DNA from: Acanthaster planci
Lineage: Eukaryota
Assembly (NCBI RefSeq): GCF_001949145.1
Contig: NW_019091359.1
Coordinates: 3,512,431 to 3,576,430, forward strand
Reading direction: 5' to 3'
DNA: 64,000 nucleotides
The stretch's first letter is position 1. The number at the start of each line of letters is the position of its first letter. Shown one piece after another: positions 13,301 to 24,300 of this stretch. Position numbers and translations under genes: made by a program. Below the pieces are notes generated by a model. The model did not search any database. It saw only the letters and a program-made list of their open reading frames with translations, and was not told the origin of the DNA.

Positions 13301-16300
13301 TTATGAATTATTGTTAGATCCATCTTGATAGGTACCTTTGTATTAATTCTGGAGTCATGGCGAGTGAAAATCTACTTGCTGCCCACAGAGCTCGTCCCAG
13401 TAAAAACGGTGAAACTGTCAAAGGAAGAGAGAACACAGGGATGTCACAAAATGGAGAAAATAACTGATCTTATTAATCATTCTCTACTGCTCGCTGTGTC
13501 AAGGGTACAAATTCAGGTTTCAATTTTACAGCAATAATAATTTGACGGAAAGATTACATTTATTAATTACCGTTTAATCAGGCAAAGTCGGGAGGATATA
13601 TGTGAATAAGAAATCTTGAAAACATTTATAGACATATAACACAAATTCTTTGCTGGTTAAAACTTTAACATTTTGAAACAGCACTTTATGTTTAAGCACT
13701 TGTGTAATGCAAACAAAGACAAGGAAAAAATAAAAACAGACCAAATTGAAAACAGCAATGCGAAGGATTTGTTAGAGCAAACATGTTCACTCTTCAGGAT
13801 CCATTATTCTGATAAGCATCAGGAATGTATCTTTAAATCATACCTGGTTTGTTGAGGTCACCAAGCACAATATTGGTTAGGAACCAGTTCATATCAAAAG
13901 TCAGTTTTCCACTGGATGTCTTGTCGATGATCAGTGACTGAATGGAACCTAACGATAACATACAGGACTCATGGATCTTCCACCTACAAAAACCAGAACA
14001 AAGCATTTCTTTCAGCATCAAAATCTCTCTGGCAAAAAAGTCAAGTTAAGACAAGGCATTTGGGGATGGAAATCCATCATGATGATTTGAAGTTTTTCAA
14101 TGTGATTAATCTCTAGGACTAACGAGTGAATGAGTAAATTTTGAAGGATGACAAATGTCACTCCAAATGAAGCTGTTTTATAATCTAGCAAATATCTATG
14201 AAGTTTTCTTTTTATGATTTTCACAAACGCAATCATCTGACTCCTCCTTCCAGAAAGATTATACAAAAAAATAACCATGGCCAGTTGTCATTTTTCCAGA
14301 TTTTTAACAGCATACGAAGGCCATTAACCCCTTCTCAGCATATATATTTTGTAAACTAGTTAACATGACAAAAACATGTTCACCCCTGAAACAGATGAAC
14401 AGTCAAATGCCCAAATGTACTTATGGTAGAATTACTTATCAAAATAACAAGCTGGAGTCTCAGATGAGTCTAAGAATCTCAGTCCAGACAAGATTGCGAA
14501 TCATATTCTCATCATACAAAGTTATTCAAATGCGACATATTCCCCCTTCCCCCAATAAACCAACCACCTAATTCAGTTCCTGCCTACAAGTGGCCATCTA
14601 TTCTTGTACATACATCAGAGCCAGGACAGTTTGTGGTCTTACCAGTTAGCTCCAGCTGGTGTGTTCATACTCTGCTCTGTATCATGTAGATGTTTGAGGA
14701 CGGCTTGTACAATGCCTACTGCACTCTCTTGCTGAAACTCAGCAGCCAGGGCCTTACCAAATGAGAATGTCCAGAGGAAAGGTCAAATGGGGTCATGAAC
14801 TCTGAACCCTTCTCTTTAAAAAACTGAGCAACGCAATTTCACCTACTTCTATCAGACAGCTTTCCTCTCCAACATGTCTGCCTTGATTTTATTACCGAGC
14901 AAAGGTGACCACCTGCTACAGGCTGATAATGAATTGATGCAGGAACACAAATCTGAATTTGAAACTGTAAAAGGACTTGCACATGCAATGCCGTCCAGGA
15001 AGATGGTTCAATCATTCTCCTGAGAAGAGGTACATGTACAAGGAGAGTAGCAAAGGGAAAGAATACTTTGGTGAATTAAAAAATTGGTCATTTTGGATGA
15101 AGTAATGATATGCAAAGTCTTACCAAGAGAAGTTCTTGTGCAGCAATGCGCACACTGAATGAATAAGAATCATCATCTTCATCTACTACAAATTGGTTAG
15201 GATTGTCAGTCCATTGTTTCACCTACGTACAAGCACAAAAATAAATCAAATGATGTTAATGAAATACATTTGCTTCTCACGGAATTGTGCTGTTGCCTTC
15301 ATGACACAGCAAAATTTAGTCCATTGTTGACAAAAAGAACGGCTTCTCTGCAAAAGTGACGATAACAAGTGCAAATGCTCATATCTATTGGGAAAGCAGC
15401 TTGATGACTGTGTTAGGTTAGAACTTTGTGGATTTCACATCCGTAAACTTTTATTCTCCAGCCTGTTTGCTTTGATTCATACATAATTCTCCCCATTTGT
15501 CTCGTCTGATTTATATGACATTTTCCCAACCTGTCTGCCCTGATTAATATGCAATTCTTCACACCTGTTCTTCTGTAATCTCCATGTACATGACCAGTAA
15601 ATACATCAGTTGACCACAGTTCTTTTTCACCAAGCTGCGGAATTTGGAAGTTTCTATCATCGCCGTGAAGAATTCAAATATCTTGAAGATTAGGTTTTCA
15701 AAACCTAACACCTCTCCTGACAAATTGAATGAAATAAGGAGAAAAACAAATTGAAGTTGTAAAAAACAGCACACACAATACAGAGAAAATGAACTAATCT
15801 AACAAAACCTTACAAAATTAAAACTGCCAAAGTTTATTCAATCTATTCATATAATAGTTCTGACACAACGTTGTTAAGACACAGAAACTCCTCAGACACT
15901 ACTGCATTTGTTGTAGTCAGAAAATTCAGATCTTTTACAGCAGCTGTACTGCAATCAATTACAGGTGAAGAATTTAATTCAGCTTTACTGATATTTATTC
16001 ACATTTCCTACTTATGTAACCTTTGCAGAATTTTACTAAACTTGAGACTTCAAACAACACTTTTACCCTATTAAACCAAAGCCCAACTTCAAAAACGAAA
16101 ATCTTCGCATACAATTTAAAACTCTACACGATAAATGTCTTTGTAACGAGGAAAGTTGCTCAGAAAGAAAGTTCAGCACACACCGTCTGAGTCCACAGGG
16201 TTGTCAATTTCTTCGGAGTCATTGACACATGTTGCTACGTAGATACTGGCACACTCTGTGAGCGTGGTCCATATACTGGGGAGAATCTGTCCCATCCACT

Positions 16301-19300
16301 TGTTCATGTAACTCGGGAAAAACTTAATGAGTGTAGTCAGAGCCTACAGACAAGACAAAATGTGTTCAGTGCTCTGTGAAACAAGCTTAGATGATACCTT
16401 ACTCAGGAAATTCAAAAACAGTATCAGGCAAGAAAACAGACACGAACTGCATTTCTTGCTACATTCAGGGGTGTGAGTAGCCAGTTAAAATCAAAGCTGA
16501 AAGTAGCTAGCTAAAAGCTGAAATGTTAACTGTTCCAATACATTTCTACAGACCAGGTGTACAGAAAAGCAGAAATTCAGGGTCAACATCGAAATAAAAA
16601 AAGTTCATATCAGCTAAAAAGCTTAATTTTCACACCCCTGTACATTTCAAATTGAGACTCAACCTCTGAAGTTTTGAAAGTTGTGATTTTTTCACAATTT
16701 CCATTTATCATGATTGCCCACTAGATGTGTTTGGGTACATTTCAAATATGACGAAATGGAGACAACCAATCTTCTACCTTATTTCAATTTGGTTTCTGGG
16801 ATACCTTAATGACTTCCATTTTCAGACCACAGTCAGATGTCTCTCCGTATGGGACAGGGAGGGCTTGCATAAATGCCTCCGTAAACTTAGGAAGGATGGG
16901 AAACAATAGGTTCTTGGCTGCATTCTGGACGTGTGGAAAGAAAAACAAATGAAAACTGTTACAATCTTTTACAGAAAGGAAAATTTGAAAACCATCAGCA
17001 TAAAGCACAAATGCTTCTTTGGATTAGGTTTGGATGTTTTTGCAGGATGAGGTGCGGCTTAGTGAAGGAAATTGGCAATTACATCGACAATGATGCCTGT
17101 CCACCAGCCATTCTAATACTCTCAATTTTGATCGCGAACGAGAAGTTATATAGACTGAAATCTGCATCTGTATGATATCCTTTGGTTGTTTTTTTATTTA
17201 TCACATTTAAGTTTTGACAATATTCATTGAAATGTCTTTAAAACAGGTATTATCCACAAACTATTTTGAGCTATTTCTTATCAAACTGCTGCTGGCTTCC
17301 AAGGTTGACTCGATGAGCATTCTAGTTCTAAATGAATCTCCCCAATTAAACAACTAAGGGCCAAGGTTTCATCCACGTCATGGATGTCTGTTTAATAGTT
17401 CAACTCACCTTCGTAGTGTCACCTAAACTCATGATATTGTAAATCAAATTAGCACACTCGTTAAATATTTCTACAGCTCTGCTGCGAGTGCGTATGCCGT
17501 ATACATCGGCTTGTACAAAGATGCGGTACATCTCAGGAAGGATAACTGGAGCTACATGTGGCATCTGCATGTCTGATACATCTCGTGTGAATTCTAGGAG
17601 AATAAAACAAAACAGCAAATACTGCGATGTTCTTCAGGTGCATTAGTTTTGTATCAAGAACAGCATGGTACCTTCCTATTCTTTAAACAGGATCTCAGTG
17701 TGAAAGCCACAAGTACTGAGTCATCAGTCCCGATTTCCTCATACAGTTTTTTTTTTCGAAATCTGCTTAGCTAAAGACTTGAATCTTATACTTCCCCCAT
17801 CTTTCAGAGGATTCTTCTCTTCATTCTAATACTGCGATGAAATTTTACAGTTTTACTTTTACAAATTAAGGCACAAAATATATTCATGTATCCATCTGTA
17901 AGCACATTTTCTGCTTAGCAATTCTATCCAATTGGCACTGATATTTACCTGTAAGCCAGAGTTGTTGACTCAAGCCGTGTGACTTAGACTCAAGTCGGAC
18001 TCCAGTCGCTATTTTTGTGACTTGTGACTTGACTTGTACATGTTCATACCAGCTTTGACTTGTGACTTGACTCGGACTTGCAGAAAATGACTAGTTACCA
18101 ACCCAAGTCAGACGCTACCCGACTGGCCCCATATATCTTTATAACTCGTAACTCCATAAATTGACGCCTGGTTCTTTTTGCTGATTACAGCTGGACAAAA
18201 TAATGTGCAGCTTGACTTGTACTTGGACAAAGGGACTTGACTTGACTTTTCCTGTGACCAAATGACTTGTGACTTGACTTGGACTTGGAAAAAAAATGAC
18301 TTCCTGCCACCTCTGNNNNNNNNNNNNNNNNNNNNNNNNNNNNNNNNNNNNNNNNNNNNNNNNNNNNNNNNNNNNNNNNNNNNNNNNNNNNNNNNNNNNN
18401 NNNNNNNNNNNNNNNNNNNNNNNNNNNNNNNNNNNNNNNNNNNNNNNNNNNNNNNNNNNNNNNNNNNNNNNNNNNNNNNNNNNNNNNNNNNNNNNNNNNN
18501 NNNNNNNNNNNNNNNNNNNNNNNNNNNNNNNNNNNNNNNNNNNNNNNNNNNNNNNNNNNNNNNNNNNNNNNNNNNNNNNNNNNNNNNNNNNNNNNNNNNN
18601 NNNNNNNNNNNNNNNNNNNNNNNNCCTGTAAGCCCATTTTCTGCTAAGCAGTTCTATCCAATTGACTCTGATATTTACCTGTAAGCACATTTTCTGCTAA
18701 GCAGTTCTATCCAATTGACTCTGATATTTACCTGTAAGCACATTTTCTGCTAAGCAGTTCTATCCAATTGACACTGATATTTACCTGTAAGCACTCTCAT
18801 AGCTCCATGCACAGCATCATTGTTACCACTTGTTATCAAGTGCATTAGTTCTGGAAGCAGCTCAGGCCAAGCCTCTGGCCAATCAGACGAAGCGATGGCT
18901 GAGATAGCGTAAGCTATACTAGAACGCACTTTGCTGATGGACTCTCGCAGTCCCATGGGGAGCATTTTGCGGATTTCGGCCTTGGCCTGAAATAATGAAT
19001 ATTTACGAGTGGAATGGTAAGAATAATTTCCGAGCTGATCGATAAAATGTTCCATTCCACAAGGCGAAGCTGAGTGAAATGTTCCATTCCACAAGGCGAA
19101 GCTGAGTGAAATGTTCCATTCCACAAGGCGAAGCTGAGTGGAATGCAAAAAAATTCAAATTTTCTTTGCAATATATAACAGTCCTTGGAGTGAAACCAGA
19201 CAAGGAGAAACAAGTGTGACTCTGAAACTTAAAAGTAGTGTGTTTGAGTCCATTTCATTTTCCTTTAACCATGCACTAGAACAAAGAAATCCCCCTGACA

Positions 19301-19987
19301 ATGTATCTTACCTCATCTGTTGTAACAGGTGGGCGAAACTTCTCGGAGAGTGTACTCCAATGAGCTTCTACATACTGCTTCAAGATCAGAGAAGCAAGCT
19401 ACAAAGTAACCAAAAAACAAAACAGACATACCTGATATTTTTAACACAACAAAGTTATAAAACAAAAGTAATCTGTGACAACAGAAGTTGGTATTTACAC
19501 CTATAATATGTCCGATTTTAAAAACAATGATGGTGTACCTGTCTGATAGCTAAGGCTCCATTTGGGTCAAGGGTCAGCTGAGCAAGGTGAACTCCAAACT
19601 CTAAACAAGGAATTAAGAAGTCCAATAATAAGCCACTTTCCCATTTAAAGCTAGCCCAACTGCATCACTACGGTTGGGATTGTGTCTATTATACTTGGGA
19701 TGAACAAATCTGCACATACACTGTAAATGCAGGTAGGGAGTACCAAACAGTTGACAACACTAGTCCAAACATAGTTACAAAACTACTTCAACTATGGTTT
19801 AACTGTACAACAAATTCTTGAGAAAAATTGCTCATAGAAAATTCATACCCTCTGTGACCTCCAGAACTTTGAGTTGTTCCTCGCCCATGTTCCTTACATC
19901 TTGCTGCGGGGAAAGAATTGCTGTCAGGCTATCACATATTGCATCTCGCAATGAACGGCTCACATCACCTCCATCAAATCCTGCCAT
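7315..19987 (-). CDS. IPO9: Importin-9 (importin-beta family nuclear import receptor), 23 coding exons, 1052 aa
   Basis: GT-AG exons in transcript order: 19849-19987, 19539-19600, 19312-19398, 18785-18986, 17409-17593, 16805-16924, 16184-16343, 15565-15716, 15124-15222, 14643-14752, 13844-13983, 13336-13414, 12916-13144, 12654-12732, 12231-12379, 11772-11900, 10744-11019, 9890-10056, 9484-9617, 8705-8829, 8157-8286, 7557-7645, 7315-7431. Total is 3159 nt with consistent phases. Recognisable IPO9 peptides: [110 protein letters not shown]. Confidence 0.96.
8351..8585. mobile_element. MITE-like element with ~45-50 bp imperfect terminal inverted repeats (IPO9 intron)
   Basis: CAGAAAGTAGGGGTCCA...GTGTCCCTGTTACATC (8355-8396) is mirrored by GATGTAACAGGGACAC...TGGACCCCTAATTTCTG (8533-8581). 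Confidence 0.65.
9157..9287. mobile_element. Small degenerate inverted-repeat element, possibly a PIF/Harbinger-type MITE
   Basis: GGGCCTGTTTGGTTTACGCAGATCCAGAT at left versus ATCCAGATCTGTATGAAACATACAGGTCC at right (imperfect reverse complement). Confidence 0.4.
10228..10405. mobile_element. MITE with ~43 bp imperfect TIRs (IPO9 intron); related end at 62737-62783
   Basis: AATTAGAAGCCATTACTGCGGTGGTGCCACACTC versus GAGTGCGGTGCCACCACAATTATGGCATCTAATT. The right arm recurs, diverged, in the HAL intron. Confidence 0.65.
16466..16640. mobile_element. 175-bp non-autonomous DNA transposon (hAT-like ends)
   Basis: Perfect 11-bp TIR CAGGGGTGTGA / TCACACCCCTG, with TACATT directly flanking both sides and internal AAAGCTGA repeats. 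Confidence 0.7.
17957..18315. mobile_element. GACTTG-rich non-autonomous DNA transposon (CAGAG...CTCTG ends), inserted into the 53-bp tandem array
   Basis: Many GACTTG/GACTTGT subrepeats, ending AAAAAATGACTTCCTGCCACCTCTG. A shorter homologous copy is at 46583-46720. Confidence 0.75.
18316..18624. other. Assembly gap (N run)
   Basis: Run of 309 N. Confidence 1.
19045..19140. repeat. Three identical 32-bp tandem units
   Basis: AAATGTTCCATTCCACAAGGCGAAGCTGAGTG x3, just upstream of the IPO9 exon-4 acceptor. Confidence 0.9.
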
Positions 19988-21157
19988 CTTGACACTGAGT
20001 ACGAGATCTTGAAAACCTGAAAATGTGATGGATATCCAAAGCAACATGAGTTTTTTTTAAAGGTAGTAAATATTTTACCTTAAACCCATGCTAATTTGGT
20101 TTACCTTTTTTTACATGGCAACTAAACAAGCACAGTGAGTGAATTGGGAGACTTAGACCTGTTACCACAACTCTTCATCTGGCTCTATGCCTACACAGTC
20201 ACTGCAAATTTCATATTTACCAGATGAATTTCAGAAATAGTGCAATTCGGAATTTATTTCCAAAGCCACAGATCATAATAAGAAGACTATCTACCCCAGC
20301 TGGACCAAGAGAGGGTGCAATTCTCCTGGCGACGGAAGCTTCTGAGGTAGGAACTGCACTTAGCTGCTTCACAAATGACTATTCAATGCATAATTTACAG
20401 TGGAAAAAGCCTTGAGCTGGTTGTCACACAAGGGACCGGGAACAAGGCCTATCAGTTCAAGTATAATTGAATTTTTAAAATTTGCCCGCTAGTACAGCGC
20501 TAGTATGTCTGAGTGAAGGGGTCAGACAGTTGCATACTGCCTAGTTGCTAAAATCTTTATCTGGAAAGTATTTCAAATTTTTTAAAGAAATACCTTAAAA
20601 ATGAACTAAGCCTATATACTCTCCATAGATTTTGTACACAACCAACAACATGGAGTCAGCATGATGCTGAAATGACATGAATGAGATTTACATGATTTTT
20701 TATCATTATTTCATGCCATACATAAAATGTACAGGTAGGCCTGGGCCTATTTTTCACATACAGCCAGGTTGTGAAATTAGGTCTACGGCCCATCTCTATT
20801 ATTTTATTATTATTATGAAATATTATTATTCCAAATCAGATAAAAATAATTTTAATAAAATTATTTTTATCTGATCAAATTCGGAAAGAGTTCCATGAAT
20901 AGACACCACTTATTTTTCCCTAAAGTGATACATTATCCATCAGAAACCGATAACATTTCCCCCAAAGCCAAATTTAGCCGGGAAAACATGGAAAATATCG
21001 AAGCATGGGCCTACTTTGAAAAAGTCCTTCTGGGCCCCAGGTTTAGCATGCCGAGTATTTTTCAGCCCATTCTCATTGCGAACAAGGTGTCAAGTTAATT
21101 CCGTGTATAGAGCTCTTTCCTGTATGGAATATGGACCGACGTATTACTAAGATTTAC

Positions 21158-21304
21158 CGTTTCCTCAAGATTTTGAAGTGGAAGTCAGCACCACTGTCAA
21201 AAACTCAATTTCGTCACCTCCACTTCAATGCATGCGACACACGGCNGTGAAACTTGGTGATTTTCTATCTTGTAAATCCTGCTGCATCTTAAGATTAACT
21301 GACG
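21158..21304. promoter_or_regulatory. Probable compact bidirectional promoter for IPO9/RPN1, including a candidate IPO9 non-coding first exon
   Basis: The IPO9 ATG exon begins at an acceptor (TTTTCAG, boundary 20016), so an upstream exon is expected. A minus-strand donor ACG|GTAAAT sits at 21158/21157, under 150 bp from the RPN1 ATG, in locally CpG-richer sequence. Confidence 0.5.
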
Positions 21305-24300
21305 ATGAAATCCATCCTGATTCTCCCACTGTTATTGGTGGGGTTATCTGCCTCTGTTTTAGCAGGAAAACAGGAGAAAATCAACACCGATTTGGTGAAT
21401 TCTAACGTGGAAAGGACGATTGATCTCGTCTCGCAACTTGTTAAGATCAGTTCCATCATTTCCCTCAGGAATGACGGTTCGTCGGCAGTGAAAAGTTTCT
21501 TGCTAGCTGTGGACGCAAAAAGGGCTCAGCATCTTTCATATCTTGGTGCCGGGGTGGGTTTTTTTATGTGTTATCTCCATGTGCACCTGCACAAATGTCT
21601 ACAAGGTTTAATTGATCGTCATGATGGTCATGGTTGGTCTGGCAGTTATTGGGAGGAGGGGCTGGGGTGCTGTTTTTCGTTTATTTATTCATTTGTTTCC
21701 AGTTTTTGCCAGTCCCATTATTATTATTTTTGGAAAGAGTTTTACATACAGACAACACTTATTTTTCCATAAAATGTCGTGACAGCCGTGAGAAAGTGAT
21801 AGCTGAGAAAAGTCTTAAGCATTTCAGACAAGTCTCACACTGTTTGTGTACAGGGGTGTCAAGCAAGTGTTGTCCGTATATGGAACTCTCTCCTTTTTTT
21901 AAATGCTGTTCAGCACAATCTTGTACATGTATTCTCCATTTTATTCTCCATCTGGAGTTGATTTACCTGTGAATGAAATTTATTTGAAATTCATTCCTCA
22001 ACTGGGGAAGGAGTACAATAGATTTACCCAAGAATCAGGATTGCTCTTGGCACTGTTAAAGCTTTTAACTTAAGATTGAAAAACAAATGTTTTGTTGGGG
22101 GAACAGTGTTTTAACCTGATGCCATTTTCTCGATTGTTCACAAGTACGCTGTACAAAGTTGACGCGTTTTCTACATGCAACAGATTGGCATTGCTTATTG
22201 GAGGTGACACATTCTAGGGCTGTGCTGAATATTTGAATATGTGGTCTATTATTGAATATTCAAAGAACGCGGGATGGAAATGTGGCAACCAGTGTTTACT
22301 AATGGTGTGGTTATACTACACTCCAGCCCTATAGCATGCAAGCTTACAGGTGTAGGTTCTAAAAACATTGATGTTGCAAGATGATTTCTGCAAGTTAATT
22401 CATAGAACTTTGTTGTCTGTGTGTTTTTTATATGTTCATGAGTTAAATTTCAGGTTGTTATGCTCGTTCTTAACTTGAAGCGAGCCTGCTTCTGCAAAAT
22501 TTCTTGCCGTAGCGCAAGGTTTATTTCCCACCTGTCTAGATGCATCATAGACACTTGCCTCTTGATACACAGACATCATTGGTCAGTTTGTTGCCGCCGT
22601 GATTACCTGACTGGCGTTTTGCATAGTGGTGTAAATTGTTCATAATTCTTAAGAATTGTTGACTGTAGAAATTTTGACATAGATTGAGGCAAGTTAAGTT
22701 ATCCCTTTTGAAGCAGTTTTTGGTAGTTTTGTTCCCATTCATGCCATTCAATCGGCAACGAAAAAATTGATCCAAAAAAAAAATTTACAACCTACCAACC
22801 CTATTTTTGAGAGAAATGTAATTGGAAGCAAAAACATTTATTTGGCCTTATTCATCAAACAATTTAAAAGGGATATGAATTTTCAACAGGGCAAGAAGTA
22901 GTGCTCATCTCTTAAAACTTGCTAAAAGGTGGCTGGAGATCCTAGACGTGAGCAGCTATGATTATAATGTACAGTTGTGTGCGTTATTTCAACTGATTTT
23001 GTGTATGGTTTAATCATCAACAATCTGCCAGGCTGTACAACCAAATATTCAGATATTCGATGGAATTGAAGGTCGAATATTGGAATAGTGAGTTATTAAA
23101 ATTGACTCAGCCCTAACATGTTTCTCAGTCTCCTATTCAATTTTTCTACATTCTGGCAATAACAGACCTTTTCAGGTTTTTTGAGATACACTGTAATGAA
23201 GAAAAGAGATGTCAGAAGGCACTTTTTTGTAAAAAATTTCCTAATTTGAAAATTTCATGTCATAACCGGTAATATTGATATGTTATATTTGACAATAAAC
23301 AATAAACCTGGGGTTAGGAACCTGTAAACATCGGCAGCAGCCTGCTCTATTGTATATTTTGGATATTGTTCAATAGAGATGGTTGTATAGAAGAAGGTGT
23401 TATTTTGTTTCAGAGTAAAGTCAAAAAGATCAATTAAAACATTACATTATTTCCCTTGCAGTTAAAATCAGACGATGATAAAAAGGACCTAAAAGTGACC
23501 AGAACAGAAGTCCCTGGTAACAGGTAAGTGAAAAATAAGAATGACAAACCCTTCCTCAAATTGTAGCTGTCTTATTTTGTCACAAAGATGGATACAACTT
23601 GTGAGAACAAAATTTGGGGGGGGGGGAGATACATGTATATGTGAGTATTTTTACCCTAGCATCAATCCCTTAAACTGAGTCATTAGTATTATGTAAAGTG
23701 TTCTGGCAATTTAAATAGTCCGTAGTGATCTCTGTTGACTAAGAAAAGGATCATGTGACCTTTTATCATTGCTAATGATACTGAGAATGGATCAAAATAT
23801 GATATTGCATCTTTAAATTCAAGTGTAGCTTGATCTCCATTTACATCACCTTTGTAAATGATCAGCCCTCAATTGTAAAGTTCAGTCACAAATTTGATGG
23901 CATTTCATTACTAAAAAGGCTGTAGTATAAATGAGGTAAATTTCATGCATCAGTTGAATGCTTATCTTTCCTTATAGCGATGGTACATTTTACAAGGTTG
24001 AGCTGAGCAAGAGCCTTGGTGCAGGAGACACTGTCGATGTCACCGTGGACACCATCTTCACCAAAGATTTGCGTCCCTATCCAGCTGAGATACCTCAGAG
24101 TGAGAAGCAGTACATGGAGTTCAAGGGCAACGTGTATTTCTACTCTCCTTACAAGACAGAGTCCCAGACAACAGAAGTCAAGCTAGCATCATCAACGATT
24201 GAGTTCTATAGCAAGATTAACCCAGTCACACAGAGTGATTCTACCATCTCCTATGGGCCTTATGACAATGTCGGGCCATTTTCTGAGGTAAAACCTTATT

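Larger units (their letters stand above)
17896..18794. repeat. 53-bp tandem array containing the IPO9 coding-exon-4 splice donor; interrupted by a MITE and an assembly gap
   Basis: Unit CCTGTAAGCACATTTTCTGCTAAGCAGTTCTATCCAATTGACTCTGATATTTA starts at 18625, 18678 and 18731, then runs into the exon boundary at 18784. A more diverged unit lies at 17896-17956. Confidence 0.9.

Noticed and set aside
16344..16804. IPO9 intron with donor GTATCCCAG, resembling a U12 5' site
   Set aside because: It lacks the TT at +7/+8, has an ordinary pyrimidine-rich acceptor and shows no TCCTTAAC branch site. Treated as U2-type, though it could be a converted U12 intron.
17690..17740. Minus-strand CTGATGA followed by a CTCAGT...ACTGAG stem (hammerhead or C/D snoRNA-like)
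   Set aside because: The stem is followed by ATCC rather than the GAAA needed for a hammerhead core, and the C-to-D spacing is too short for a snoRNA.
18139..18690. Long ORFs in the track across 18139-18690 and 47147-47453
   Set aside because: Artefacts of N runs translating as X.
19045..19140. 32-bp identical repeats superficially like a CRISPR array
   Set aside because: There are no spacers, the repeats sit in a eukaryotic intron, and no cas genes are present.
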